A DNA stretch of 63,858 nt, filler included, from Octopus bimaculoides (taxonomy: Eukaryota), in assembly GCF_001194135.2 (NCBI RefSeq). It is 7 parts of 6 records of this genome, joined end to end, with 100 filler letters (N's around TTAATTAATTAA, not from the genome) between each part and the next. Parts side by side here need not be neighbours in the genome. Positions count along the whole stretch, not along the records: positions 45,671 to 58,218 come from NC_068990.1; positions 58,319 to 61,314 come from NC_068988.1; positions 61,415 to 63,858 come from NC_069005.1; 4 more parts are not named here. One strand, given 5' to 3'. Shown piece after piece: positions 50,974 through 63,272 of the stretch. The position numbers and the translations under genes are program-made. Within the stretch, counting starts at the first letter, position 1, and the number at the start of each line of letters is the position of its first letter. The notes under the pieces were generated by a model, which worked only from the letters and a program-made list of their open reading frames with translations, had not been told where the DNA came from and searched no databases.

Positions 50974-51726
50974 GATTAAGAAGGGAAAAACGGAAAGAGA
51001 ATGGAAAAAAAAAAAAGGGAGAGAAAACATAATGTGCAGGGATTAACGGTTCAACATGATGAAATAGCCCGAAGAAAGAGGCTGAACGAAAAGGAGATAA
51101 TAACGGTGACCCGGCCGAACGAATTTGCTCGCACGCGTTTGTTTATGTGAGAATGGTGTGTGTATGAATGGGGGTGAGTGTGTGAATATGTATGTATGAG
51201 CGAGCTGAAAAATATATGAACCTGTGTGTTGTGTGTGTGTGTGTATGTGTGTACGTGACCCAGTGTGTACATTATGTGGAGTGATATGCGTTACATGTAC
51301 TGGTATGTATGTATGTCTGTGTGTGTATGGACGTGTGTACGTATGTGTGCGGTTATGATGTGTGTGTGTGCAAACGCATTGGCCTGGGTGTGTGTGTATG
51401 TGTACAAATAACCTAGTGTATGTGTATGTGTGGAGTGATGTGCGTTTTGTGCATTTGTGTGTGTTTGTGTACGCGCGTATGGACGTATGTATATGTGTAA
51501 GTATGCATATGGTCATGTGTATATGTGTGAGGCTAATGTATGTGCATGTGTGTGTATGTGTGTGAGTGCGCGTGTCAGACACTTGTGTTTAGCAGTTGAT
51601 GTGTGCTTGTTCAGGCGGTGTGTGCTCGTGTGTATGTGGTGTGTGTCTGTGACCATGCAGTGTGGTACATACATATGTACATACACACACACACACGCAC
51701 GCATACACACATGCGCGCACCCCCAC

Positions 51727-51863
<137 letters not shown>

Positions 51864-52330
51864 GATTTCGCTTTGTCTTTTTCTGAATTTTCTTTCTATT
51901 CGCCCCCGGATATATTCGAGGATTCATGCAACGATTGAGATGACAAAATTCTTTGTTCGCGCAACATAATGCGGAGTCGGGTCCGTCAGTGCAGATCGAT
52001 GTTCTTAAAATGGATTGATCTCTTTCTGTAATAGCTTTGGAGAGAATCTCTTGTAGGAATCTCGGAAGATAGAGTCCAACTTATCACGCTTTACACACAC
52101 ACATTATATATTATACGAGAAGGTGATGAAAAGTTCCTAGCTTTAAGGGTGTCGCGAAAGGCTTGGCTGGAGTTCTTTTACAGGGCTTAGAATAATTGGA
52201 GGGCGGCATCTTAATACTCATCGGTGGCTCTTACTGCGCCTAGGGTTAAATTTAGTTCGCTTTGTCAACTTATAAGATATCCGTTGAAATCATACGTTGA
52301 TTTCACAAAAGGTTAAAAGTGAAAATTATA

Positions 52331-52859
52331 AATAATATGGGTGACTAATTCGCAGTTTTACAACCTAAATGCCGAAATATATAAATCACTAAATTGCTAA
52401 AGTGACAAAGGGCACTAATCAGCACTAGTATTGCTAGAAATAAGAGTAAAAACAACTCATTAGCTACAGAAGCACCATCTTAATGACTGACAAGGGCGGC
52501 AAATTCCCTATGGCAGCAGATATAGCCAATTATCGATGAAATCAGCATATGATTTCAATGGAAATCTTAAAAGCTGACAAGGCGAGCTGAGTTCAGCCCT
52601 AGGTACAGCAAGAGTCAGCCAATAAGCATTAAGATGTGTAGGCTTCAAAATGCGAAATCATCGATGATCTGGCTATATCTGTTGCTGAAAGGAGCTTGCC
52701 TCCCTTGTCAGTCATTAAGATAGTGCTTCTGTGGCTATTGAGTAATTCTGACTCTTATTTCTAGCAATGCTGGTACTGATTAGTGCCCTTTGTCAGTTTA
52801 GTGACGTATATGTTTCTGCTTTTTGGTTGTAAAATTGCGAGTTAGCCACCCATATTATT
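52331..52859. mobile_element. Fold-back element, arms of about 205 bp
   Basis: AATAATATGGGTGACTAATTCGCAGTTTTACAACC...GACAAAGGGCACTAATCAG is mirrored by CTGATTAGTGCCCTTTGTC...GGTTGTAAAATTGCGAGTTAGCCACCCATATTATT. Confidence 0.9.
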
Positions 52860-52916
52860 TATATGTATGTATGTATGTATGTATGTTATATATATATATA
52901 AATATATATATGCATA

Positions 52917-52951
<35 letters not shown>

Positions 52952-52984
52952 NNNNNNNNNNTATATATATATATATATACGTGT

Positions 52985-53170
52985 CTGTGTGATAAGAAGG
53001 TTGCCACGCACCCACTTGGTTCTGACTTCATTTCCACAGCGTGGCGCCTTCGGTAAGTAGCTGCAGGTTGATCAAAGTTTTGAGCGTGGATTTGGTGGGT
53101 GGAAACTGAAAGAAGCCCGTCGCATATATGTGTGTTGTGTTTGTGTCGATATTTGTCCTCCACAAATATA
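52985..53170 (+). mobile_element. SINE B head plus start of A'
   Basis: GATAAGAAGGTTGC...GGAAACTGAAAGAAGCCCGTCG, then TG tract and TTTGTCCTCC. Confidence 0.75.
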
Positions 53171-53277
53171 CATCCACATATCTTTTCTGTGTATCTCAGT
53201 ATACATGCATGCATACATACATACATACATACATGCATGCATACATACACACATACATACAAATATACATACATACA

Positions 53278-53309
<32 letters not shown>

Positions 53310-54075
53310 AATGTATGTGTGTTTAAACTTCCTGCATTTGACACTCACCGGTTTTGATTGCATGTTAGGCCGTATGGAAAAAAAGTGAACTACATAACTA
53401 CATACTTTGTGACGTTTTAATGTAGACATGGCGAGCAACACCCATTGTTCGGTAATTTCCTTTCCATTTAAAACTGATGTCGCTAATGTGCTTCAGAGAA
53501 TGTTAGCAATCTATATTGTGAGTTCAGTATTTGAGTAAAAGTGGATAACAAAAGAAAGATTTTACCTGTTTATATATATATANNNNNNNNNNNNNNNNNN
53601 NNNNNNNNNNNNNNNNNNNNNNNNNNNNNNNNNNNNNNNNNNNNNNNNNNNNNNNNNNNNNNNNNNNNNNNNNNNNNNNNNNNNNNNNNNNNNNNNNNNN
53701 NNNNNNNNNNNNNNNNNNNNNNNNNNNNNNNNNNNNNNNNNNNNNNNNNNNNNNNNNNNNNNNNNNNNNNNNNNNNNNNNNNNNNNNNNNNNNNNNNNNN
53801 NNNNNNNNNNNNNNNNNNNNNNNNNNNNNNNNNNNNNNNNNNNNNNNNNNNNNNNNNNNNNNNNNNNNNNNNNNNNNNNNNNNNNNNNNNNNNNNNNNNN
53901 NNNNNNNNNNNNNNNNNNNNNNNNNNNNNNNNNNNNNNNNNNNNNNNNNNNNNNNNNNNNNNNNNNNNNNNNNNNNNNNNNNNNNNNNNNNNNNNNNNNN
54001 NNNNNNNNNNNNNNNNNNNNNNNNNNNNNNNNNNNNNNNNNNNNNNNNNNNNNNNNNNNNATATATATATATATA

Positions 54076-54520
54076 TACTAGCAGAGATACCCGGCGTTGC
54101 TCGGGATTAAAATGGCATAGTTTGTATATAATATATTACAGTTATGTTGAAACAGGTGATATGGGAAAGTGCAGCATTGGCAATAAAATTGTGGAGTCAA
54201 TGCTGGGCTAATTCGACCAAGCAGCATGCTATGCGTCCATTTGGAGTATTTCAGGCCCTAACCTGTCATGAAAAATTACAGGTTGAAGTAATGTGATTTT
54301 TGAATGCACCGAAAAGCTGTCAGTGGATAAACTCTCTTTTGCAGCAGTCAGCGCTGTGTCTGACACGACCCATCATATGAAATTTTAACACCTCTTTCGG
54401 GTTTGTTGTCCTACATCACTCATAAAGTAAATTTGGAAGAACTGTGGTTGTTCATTTGTGGGTAACAGGGAGCCATTGAGGTGATAGACCTGCCCTTGAA
54501 CTTTGGCGTCGGCGTAAATT
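54076..54520. mobile_element. Helitron-like non-autonomous fragment
   Basis: (TA)n-TACTAGCAGAGATACCCGGCGTTGCTCGGG resembles Helitron/Helentron-associated ends; the body was not verified. Confidence 0.4.
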
Positions 54521-54594
54521 CATGTTTATATATATATGTGTAAATATTAATATTTCTAAGTCTCTCTAAAGGAGACTACGGCAGCGGTACTGGA

Positions 54595-55779
54595 TATTAA
54601 TAGTTATCGTCAAGCTAACATAGCAGTTCAGAAAAATAGGACGAATGCTGCCGTTGATGAGCTCCAAAAGGCCATCGCCTCTAGCGAGCTATGTGACACA
54701 CGAACCTGGGATCTTGTTCAAAACGGGGGCACCAGTATTTTCTTAACGAAACACTTTGAAACTTGGGACACTGGTAGAATGTGTCATATAAAACATATTT
54801 TTCTCTTAGTCTTCTTAACAAAAAAACGTACATCGCAAGTTATTTCATGTTAAAGTTGTCGTATTTCTGTAATTTCAACCAATGACTGACGTCCATTCAA
54901 CCGAATACATTAAGTGCTGACTTCGTAAACAAACGATTCTCAAACGATTCTGGCGGTGATAAAATTATTATTTCCTTGTCAAAAAATGGCTGAAGCATAT
55001 TGGCAGTAGCTAATAAACCTTTCTATNNNNNNNNNNNNNNNNNNNNNNNNNNNNNNNNNNNNNNNNNNNNNNNNNNNNNNNNNNNNNNNNNNNNNNNNNN
55101 NNNNNNNNNNNNNNNNNNNNNNNNNNNNNNNNNNNNNNNNNNNNNNNNNNNNNNNNNNNNNNNNNNNNNNNNNNNNNNNNNNNNNNNNNNNNNNNNNNNN
55201 NNNNNNNNNNNNNNNNNNNNNNNNNNNNNNNNNNNNNNNNNNNNNNNNNNNNNNNNNNNNNNNNNNNNNNNNNNNNNNNNNNNNNNNNNGGTTAGGGTTA
55301 GGGTTAGGGAAAACGAACACACGTGTGTTGCCTCTCTGCAAAATGTTAGATGTAATGGAGATTAAATACGCTTTACACCGCTTAAACTGCCAAAGGAGTA
55401 AGTGTAAACAGCTGAATACTTGTCAGTGATTGGTTGAAATTATCGAAATAAGACAATTTTTTACATGAAATAAATTCGAATACAAAAATTTTTTTCTGGT
55501 CTATAACACAAAATAGATAAGTATACGAAGTTTGAAAGTCTTTCGGTACCAAAAACACTACATAAAACATAAATGAAAACTGGTGCTCCCGTTTTGAACA
55601 AGATCCCGAACCTGTGTCCATTATAACCTTCGAAGCGGCTTACCTCCCCTGCTCGAAGGTTATAATGGACACAGATTCGTGTGTCACATAGCTAGCTAGA
55701 GGCGATGGCCTTTTGGATCTAATCAACGGCAGCATTCGTCCTATTTTTCTGGACTGCTATGTTAGCTTGGCGATAACTG

Positions 55780-55785
<6 letters not shown>
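54595..55785. mobile_element. Fold-back MITE (about 285 bp when empty) interrupted by a second TIR element
   Basis: Left arm 54595-54707 plus 55614-55633 is mirrored by 55653-55785. Confidence 0.9.
54708..55607. mobile_element. Unclassified TIR element with 6-bp TSD and internal (TTAGGG)n
   Basis: 29-bp TIRs match 28/29 (GGGATCTTGTTCAAAACGGG[G/A]GCACCAGT); GAACCT at 54702-54707 and 55608-55613; GGTTAGGGTTAGGGTTAGGG at about 55290-55309. Confidence 0.85.
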
Positions 55786-55816
<31 letters not shown>

Positions 55817-56672
55817 GCCTACATAACAGCCTAGTCGGCCCGGTGTGCCTCCGTGTTGGTCTTTGGCATGTTGGTAGAGTATGGAAGACTGTTTATACTG
55901 TAGTATTGCGGAGAGATTAAAGAAACACTTGAAGAAATATGATGGCGAAAAACAGTCCTCCATACTCTACCAACATGCCAAAAGACCAACACGGAGGCAC
56001 ACTGGGCCGAATTGACATACACATTTTATCCAAGCACCTGAAGGACCCATCAATCAGACAAATACAAGAGTATGTCTTCATAAGTGAAACGTTCCCCCTA
56101 CTAAATAGGAAATACATGTAGAAGTGACATCTCAATGCCCATAGAATATACATACATAAGTGCATTTGCTAGTAGGCTATTATGTAGGCAAAATACATAT
56201 GTACATACACAAGAACACATGCACGCTGGCGCACAAACAGACAAAAAAGAATGCAGCTCCAATAACGGACAGTCAACATCCATTTGGGAAGATAAAATAT
56301 AAATAATAAATGAATGGAAATCGAACCGGTGAGTGTGTTAGATAATAAGGCATTAAGACAATATGACTCTCCCCAGACACACACACACACACACATACAT
56401 CCATCCATCCGTCCGTCCGTCCGTCCATCCGTCCGACCGTCCGTCCGTCCATCCATCCACATATATATATATATATATATATANNNNNNNNNNNNNNNNN
56501 NNNNNNNNNNNNNNNNNNNNNNNNNNNNNNNNNNNNNNNNNNNNNNNNNNNNNNNNNNNNNNNNNNNNNNNNNNNNNNNNNNNNNNNNNNNNNNNNNNNN
56601 NNNNNNNNNNNNNNNNNNNNNNNNNNNNNNNNNNNNNNNNNNNNNNNNNNNNNNNNNNNNNNNNNNNNNNNN

Positions 56673-57000
56673 ACTTATTCTATCGTTCTCTTTTGCCGAA
56701 CCGCTAAGTTACGGGGACATAAACACACCAGCATCGGTTGTCAAGCGATGTTGGGGGGACAAACACAGACATACAAACACATACACACATACATATATAT
56801 ATATATAAACATATATGTATATACATATATACGACAGGCTTCTTTCAGTTTCCGTCTACCAAATCCACTCACAAGGCTTTGGTCGGCCCGAGGCTATAGT
56901 AGAAGACACTGGCCCAAGATGCCACGCAGTGGGACTGAACCCGGGACCATGTGGTTGGTAAGCAAGCTACTTATCACACAGCCACTCCTACGCCTATATA
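56673..57000 (-). mobile_element. Bipartite SINE B/A'
   Basis: A' body 56673-56775, CA/TA tract, B head about 56830-57000. Confidence 0.9.
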
Positions 57001-57159
57001 TGTAATTAATAATTAATAATATCACAGAAATAAAACTTTTAGAAATTTTTACTAACAGTGGCCTAGCGTGTAGAAAAATTAGTCAATAGGCTATATATTA
57101 TTCATATAAATACAGTGTACATTTAAACACATATATATATATATATACATACACACACA

Positions 57160-58215
57160 TGCATATATGGCTACAGGACGTCACCAAACAGTAAACAACA
57201 TGAAATACGAAAACAAATGAGTTCAATACGCAAACAACGAAAGAAACAAATGGAAAATAGGGCAAGTAACATAAAGAAGGACGCTTCGTCAGCTGTCGGT
57301 TGTCTATCTACTCCTCATTTCGAGCATTCAACGACAATATAAGTCTTCAAAGACAGTTGCTCCCATACGTACCAAAATAAAATTTGGGACTTATCGAGGG
57401 TCAAAGTTGGGAAGAAAAACAAGACAGTGGAGACAAACAAGGAAACCAAACATAGAGGGCCGTTTGACCAGAACGAGGGTAAAAGTAGCGAACGGTGGAG
57501 AAATATTTTCTTTGAGAAAAGAAAAGATATAAGAGAGAGATGATAGGATACGTGCTGTCCTTACGACAGTCGTGAATAAAAGAAAGATAATCATGTGAGG
57601 GAGAGAAAGATGGACGATGGTCACGTGTGAGCAACGAGAGAGAAAAATGATATGTATATATATATATAAATATATATGATTGAACGCTACGTATCCTCTT
57701 CCAACTTCCAAGTAAGTTTTATCTTAATTCTGATGCGCACTCTATACGATCTTTTTACTCTTTCGTTTATCTCTCTTTCCCTCTCTTATTTTTTACCTCC
57801 TCTTCTCCCACTATTCTATCCTATTACACTGTCACTCTCTCTCCCTCCCTCATCCTCCCTTGCTCTTATGGTTCCTACGTGACCATCGGCCATCATTCTT
57901 TCTCCTCCTAACTTGTGTTTCTTTCTTTCTTTCCGTTGTAACTGGAAAAAGGAAGACGTGTTCTTGTCTGTCTCCTGTCCAAGCTTGATTTACGTGTTCG
58001 CCACCACAAACTTGTTTAGGCTTAGCAACCCTTCCTGTTTGTTTTCACTGTCCTGTTTGTGTTACCAATTTTGACCCTCCGCAAAATCCCAAATTTTATA
58101 TAATTTGCTTTAAGGGAGCAACTGTTTTAACGAAACCGTATATCATATTCCATGCACTCGTATTTCGTATTTTTCGTTGTACACGTTTCGTGACGCCCTG
58201 TACCCACATATGCAT
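57160..58215. repeat. Diverged inverted pair of PLE-associated repeat units
   Basis: Motifs ACAG(G)ACGTCAC, ACAGTTGCTCCC, AAAATTTGGGA, GAGGGTCAAA and GATGG(A/C)CGATGGTCACG occur on + at 57170-57630 and on - at 57870-58210. Confidence 0.7.
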
Positions 58216-58318
58216 ATANNNNNNNNNNNNNNNNNNNNNNNNNNNNNNNNNNNNNNNNNNNNTTAATTAATTAANNNNNNNNNNNNNNNNNNNNNNNNNN
58301 NNNNNNNNNNNNNNNNNN

Positions 58319-58618
58319 GAATGTGGAGTCTAAAAACAGAAACAATTCCTATTATAGTAGGTGCCTTAGGTATAATAAAAAAAATATTCAGACAAATACA
58401 TAACAAAAACACCAGGACTTACAAATATATATAACATACAGAAAATTGCACTACTGGGCACTGCACACATCCTACGCAAAACACTTTCAATACAGTAACC
58501 ATAAGAGCACCACAGCAAACCACAGCACATACCCAAGGCGCACAGAGCTGCGCTCGGTAGTGAAGTGAAAGCACGTTATAAAAATAAAACTACTGAACAA
58601 TAATAATAATAATAATAA
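58319..58618 (+). mobile_element. Dong/R4-type 3' end with (TAA)n
   Basis: MWSLKTETIPIIVGALGIIKKYSDKYITKTPGLTNIYNIQKIALLGTAHILRKTLSIQ*, then about 100 bp of UTR and (AAT)n. Confidence 0.85.
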
Positions 58619-58729
58619 TGTCATGCACTGTTTATTTTGATATGCAGTCACCATTTCGAACTCATATGATTGTGATGCATGTACTTGGTGTAACCTTATC
58701 AGGCGGGTAGTCATGATGAATATATTGGG

Positions 58730-58789
<60 letters not shown>

Positions 58790-58920
58790 TACTACTACTA
58801 CTGCTGCTGCTGCTATTACTACAACTACTGCTACATGTCATCAAAGTGACACTGGGGTNNNNNNNNNNGGTACGTACCCCAATGTCACTTTGATGACGTG
58901 TAATGCTCTCTCAGTAGTAT

Positions 58921-58954
<34 letters not shown>

Positions 58955-59384
58955 TGTAGTAGCAGCAGCAGCAGCAGCAGTAGTAGGAATAGTAGTAGTA
59001 ATAGTAGTAGTAGTAGTATGTAGTCCCGGACAGTGGCTCTCATGGCTTCTGATATCAACTGATTCGAAGTTTTGTCCTAGAGTAAAAGATGGGCTACAGC
59101 AAATATTCTGTTCAGTACTACAGATGTGCTTGTCAGTTGCTTGAGCTTAACCAGTTGAGCATGTTCCTAAGTCGTTGACGATATGTACATCTCTGATCAC
59201 GAGCAGAAGTAGTGGGAGAGCACTATAGCCATGGGTTGAGAGGGATTCTTTGGGGTTTTAATATTTCACCTCTGGAAACATGGGTATTTCGTTCATCATT
59301 CTTAAACAATCCTTATGACCAATAAAAAAAAAATCTGACAAACATCGATATCTTAACCAATTATAACATAATCCGTTCTACCAG

Positions 59385-59550
59385 TTGATTAGATCGACCT
59401 CAGTACACAACTGATACTTAATTTAATGACCCCGAAAGGATGAAAGGCAAAGACGACCTCGGCGGCATTTGAACTTAGAACGTGATGACAGCGAAATAAC
59501 GTTAAGCATTTTCGACGGCGTGCTAACGATTCTGCTGGTTTGCCACCTTC
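59385..59550 (-). mobile_element. SINE family C
   Basis: GACCCCGAAAGGATGAAAGGCAAAGACGACCTCGGCGGCATTTGAAC. Confidence 0.85.
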
Positions 59551-60561
59551 CAATTATAACATAATGCAAAAGGAATTTTAGCCGCATCAGGTCAAAATGA
59601 CGAACCTTATAAGGTAGTGGGGGTAAATTCTTATTGAAAGTAGGGAATAAGTTTGCACTGGGCCGACTGGTTGCGCAATGAACTAAGCTATGGTAGCCAA
59701 AGTAAAAATTGATTAAATATACTCGACGTGCTTTGCTTTGTACACGCACTAGAACATTCGGTCTTTTTTTTTTTTGTCGAACACTTTTTTGATGGATCTC
59801 GAATCAGAAAAGAATAATTTATACTAATTCTTACAAGGTTAACCTAATTCATAAACTAGTAAAGCATAANNNNNNNNNNNNNNNNNNNNNNNNNNNNNNN
59901 NNNNNNNNNNNNNNNNNNNNNNNNNNNNNNNNNNNNNNNNNNNNNNNNNNNNNNNNNNNNNNNNNNNNNNNNNNNNNNNNNNNNNNNNNNNNNNNNNNNN
60001 NNNNNNNNNNNNNNNNNNNNNNNNNNNNNNNNNNNNNNNNNNNNNNNNNNNNNNNNNNNNNNNNNNNNNNNNNNNNNNNNNNNNNNNNNNNNNNNNNNNN
60101 NNNNNNNNNNNNNNNNNNNNNNNNNNNNNNNNNNNNNNNNNNNNNNNNNNNNNNNNNNNNNNNNNNNNNNNNNNNNNNNNNNNNNNNNNNNNNNNNNNNN
60201 NNNNNNNNNNNNNNNNNNNNNNNNNNNNNNNNNNNNNNNNNNNNNNNNNNNNNNNNNNNNNNNNNNNNNNNNNNNNNNNNNNNNNNNNNNNNNNNNNNNN
60301 NNNNNNNNNNNNNNNNNNNNNNNNNNNNNNNNNNNNNNNNNNNNNNNNNNNNNNNNNNNNNNNNNNNNNNNNNNNNNNNNNNNNNNNNNNNNNNNNNNNN
60401 NNNNNNNNNNNNNNNNNNNNNNNNNNNNNNNNNNNNNNNNNNNNNNNNNNNNNNNNNNNNNNNNNNNNNNNNNNNNNNNNNNNNNNNNNNNNNNNNNNNN
60501 NNNNNNNNNNNNNNNNNNNNNNNNNNNNNNNNNNNNNNNNNNNNNNNNNNNNNNNNNNNNN

Positions 60562-60795
60562 TGTATGTGTGTATGTTTGTATGTGTGTGTTTGTCCCCCC
60601 AACATCGCTTGACAACCGATGCTGGTGTGTTTATGTCCCCGTAACTTAGCGGTTTGGCAAAATAGATCGATAGAATAAGTACTAGGCTTCTAAAGAATAA
60701 GTCCTGGGGTCGATTTTCTCGACTAAAAGGCGGTGCTCCAGCATGGCCACAGTCAAAAGACTGAAACAAGTAAAAGAGTAAAAGAGTAAAGCGTA
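60562..60795 (+). mobile_element. SINE A' body with (GTAAAAGA)n tail
   Basis: TTTGTCCCCCCAACATCGCTTGACAACCG...GAAACAAGTAAAAGAGTAAAAGAGTAAA. Confidence 0.9.
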
Positions 60796-62694
60796 AAATG
60801 GTAAAAATAATCGCAGTAAGGTTAGGGTGATTGCATCTGTCGCTGGTTTGGTGTAGTAACTGCATAGACGAAAAGAAATTAGAAATACAGGCAATCACTC
60901 GGCTTTGGTCTCAGTCTTGTTACCGACCTGTCAAAATTCGTTCGTTTCTGTGAGCTTATCCATTTGTTTTCGGTTTCATGGTGTGTCGAAGTGGGAGAAC
61001 AAAGAGACGGGTACAGGCGCACGCGTGTATGTACGTGTCTATAAAAGACACGTGTGTGCGTGTGTGTGTGTGTGTATTTATGTATGTACGTGTATTTGAA
61101 AAATAATGGTCGTACAAGTGTGCGTGCGTTTATGTATGTACATGTATATGAAAGCTAATGGGTGTACGGGTGTGTGCATGTGTGTGTGTGTGTGTGTGTG
61201 CAAGCTGGTTCTGTTCTCTGTCTTTGTATTCACTCACACACGCACACAAAGACACACGTACACCCATTATCTTTCATATAGACACACATACATACATATA
61301 TATATATATATATANNNNNNNNNNNNNNNNNNNNNNNNNNNNNNNNNNNNNNNNNNNNTTAATTAATTAANNNNNNNNNNNNNNNNNNNNNNNNNNNNNN
61401 NNNNNNNNNNNNNNAGTGTGGTAGTGGTGGGGAGGTTAACGGAAGAAGGGTTTGATATATATATATATATATATATATATAACATAGATGTTCCCCTCCT
61501 GGATGGTGAGATTACTGTTGCTTTGTCCCGGATCAGACTTCGTTCAGCAGACCTATAGTCAAAGACGTTCCAGCCGTGAACGTCCCATCATTTTCAATAT
61601 CAAGAGATTACATCGTTCAGTATGTCTATTCATGTTTTTGTTTTTGTTTCTTGCGTTTTGTTTGTTTGTTTTTTGTCTTTTGTTTTTGTTTTTGTTTTTG
61701 CTTGTTTTGTTTTTTGTGGTTGCGTTTAAGGAGAATGGTTGTAAGGTGTGAAATGCGATTTGACAAAAGTTTGGTTCCTATTTCTAGCAGGGGTCAATCG
61801 TCCATGCAAAGGCCACAAAGACCCCTTCTTTGTCAGAGGCTTGTGGAAGCGATGCAGAAACTCTAACTTTCATCGTGGGTCAATCGGTATGAGAAGATCG
61901 ATATCTAGACCATAAACATAGATGGGGATATAAACGAAGCTGGTGTTTGGTCCCGAATACTTACAACAAGACTAAACTCTACTCGAGGCCCCTCAGGCTT
62001 TGATTTGTTTAGGGGTTCAGCAGAGCGATGTGTTAGATTTATAACCTAAGGGATTAAAACATGAATCTGGTACGGAATAATTAGCGCAAAACAAGAATTG
62101 AAAAAAAGGGGGCTTTGGTAGCTGACGCTAAATTCTTCAGTCGCAGATCCATGGTCTTTCGGTACCGACCGATGTTTATCTATAAGGTTAGTGTCATTTT
62201 AAATTACCTCCAAGTATGGTACAGTATGGTACAGTATGGTACAGTATGGTACAGTATGTTATGGTATGGTATAGTATGGTATGGTATGGTTTGGTACTAA
62301 TTCTGCCTTCTTTGAGCTTTGAATTCCTGGCGCAATCGTAGGAGCGCCGTCGGGATATACATGGTGTATTTTGTGTGTTTCAAATTCAACAATGCTGTCG
62401 TCATTTCTTATCATAGTCGATTGCTTTCTGGGAGGCGCTAATGATATTCTATGGACACGAATGTGTCTCTTGAGGCCTGTTGGTGCCTTGCAAACATTTT
62501 GGCAAATGGAAAAAGTTGAGGACTCAGTTTGATTGAGTGCTTGTAGATCATTTACTACGTGTTTTCTTGAGTGGACGGCAAGGCCTGCTCTGTGCTTTGC
62601 TTCGTATCACAAAACCACAATGACAGGTAAGGTTTCCACTTAGAGGAACACCGTATTGCCAGCGTGATTTCATGCTTGCACGAAGTTGGTCCCA

Positions 62695-62820
62695 TTCACA
62701 AGTCTTTAATCTGCCAAGGTTATTGCAGAAGACATTTACTTAAGGTGGCACGCAGTGGTACCGAAACCGGAACCAAGTTATTAGGAAACAGGCTTCTTAT
62801 CACACATCCACGCCTGCACT
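62695..62820 (-). mobile_element. SINE family B, degraded
   Basis: GAAGACATTT...GCACGCAGTGG...CTTCTTATCACAC...CACGCCTGC. Confidence 0.7.
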
Positions 62821-63094
62821 TAAATATGAATGCTACATAATTTATTCACCTTTATTGAAGTTGAATATATTTATTTATATAAGGTGGAGAAGAAAGAAAA
62901 AAACCCACACAACTATGCGTTTTATATATATACGTATGTTTGTCAATACAGAAAATTATGGGTAGGTTTGGGGTGGGAGGAACACCAAGGGAATTATGGG
63001 AAGGTCATTATTTACATTTGATGACACCACCCTTTTTACCTATAATGTGACTACTCATTTTGATTGATATGATTCAACACGTTACCTGTATAAC

Positions 63095-63239
63095 CTAAAC
63101 TATGTAGGGGATTTCAAAAGAGACCATTGTCTGTTCGCGCGGTGTGTGTGAAGAGGAGGAGGAGGAGGAGGAGGAGATGGACAACGACGACGACGACAAT
63201 GATGATGAGGAGGAGGAGGAGGATGACGACGATGACGAC

Positions 63240-63272
<33 letters not shown>

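Noticed and set aside
55290-55309. (TTAGGG)n as a chromosome end or fusion site
   Set aside because: The tract is short and lies inside a TIR element with a TSD.
57290-57350. Hammerhead in the GCTCGAAATGAGGAGTA / CTGACGA region (also 3675-3715)
   Set aside because: Core-like words are present, but I could not build consistent stems I and III in any permutation.
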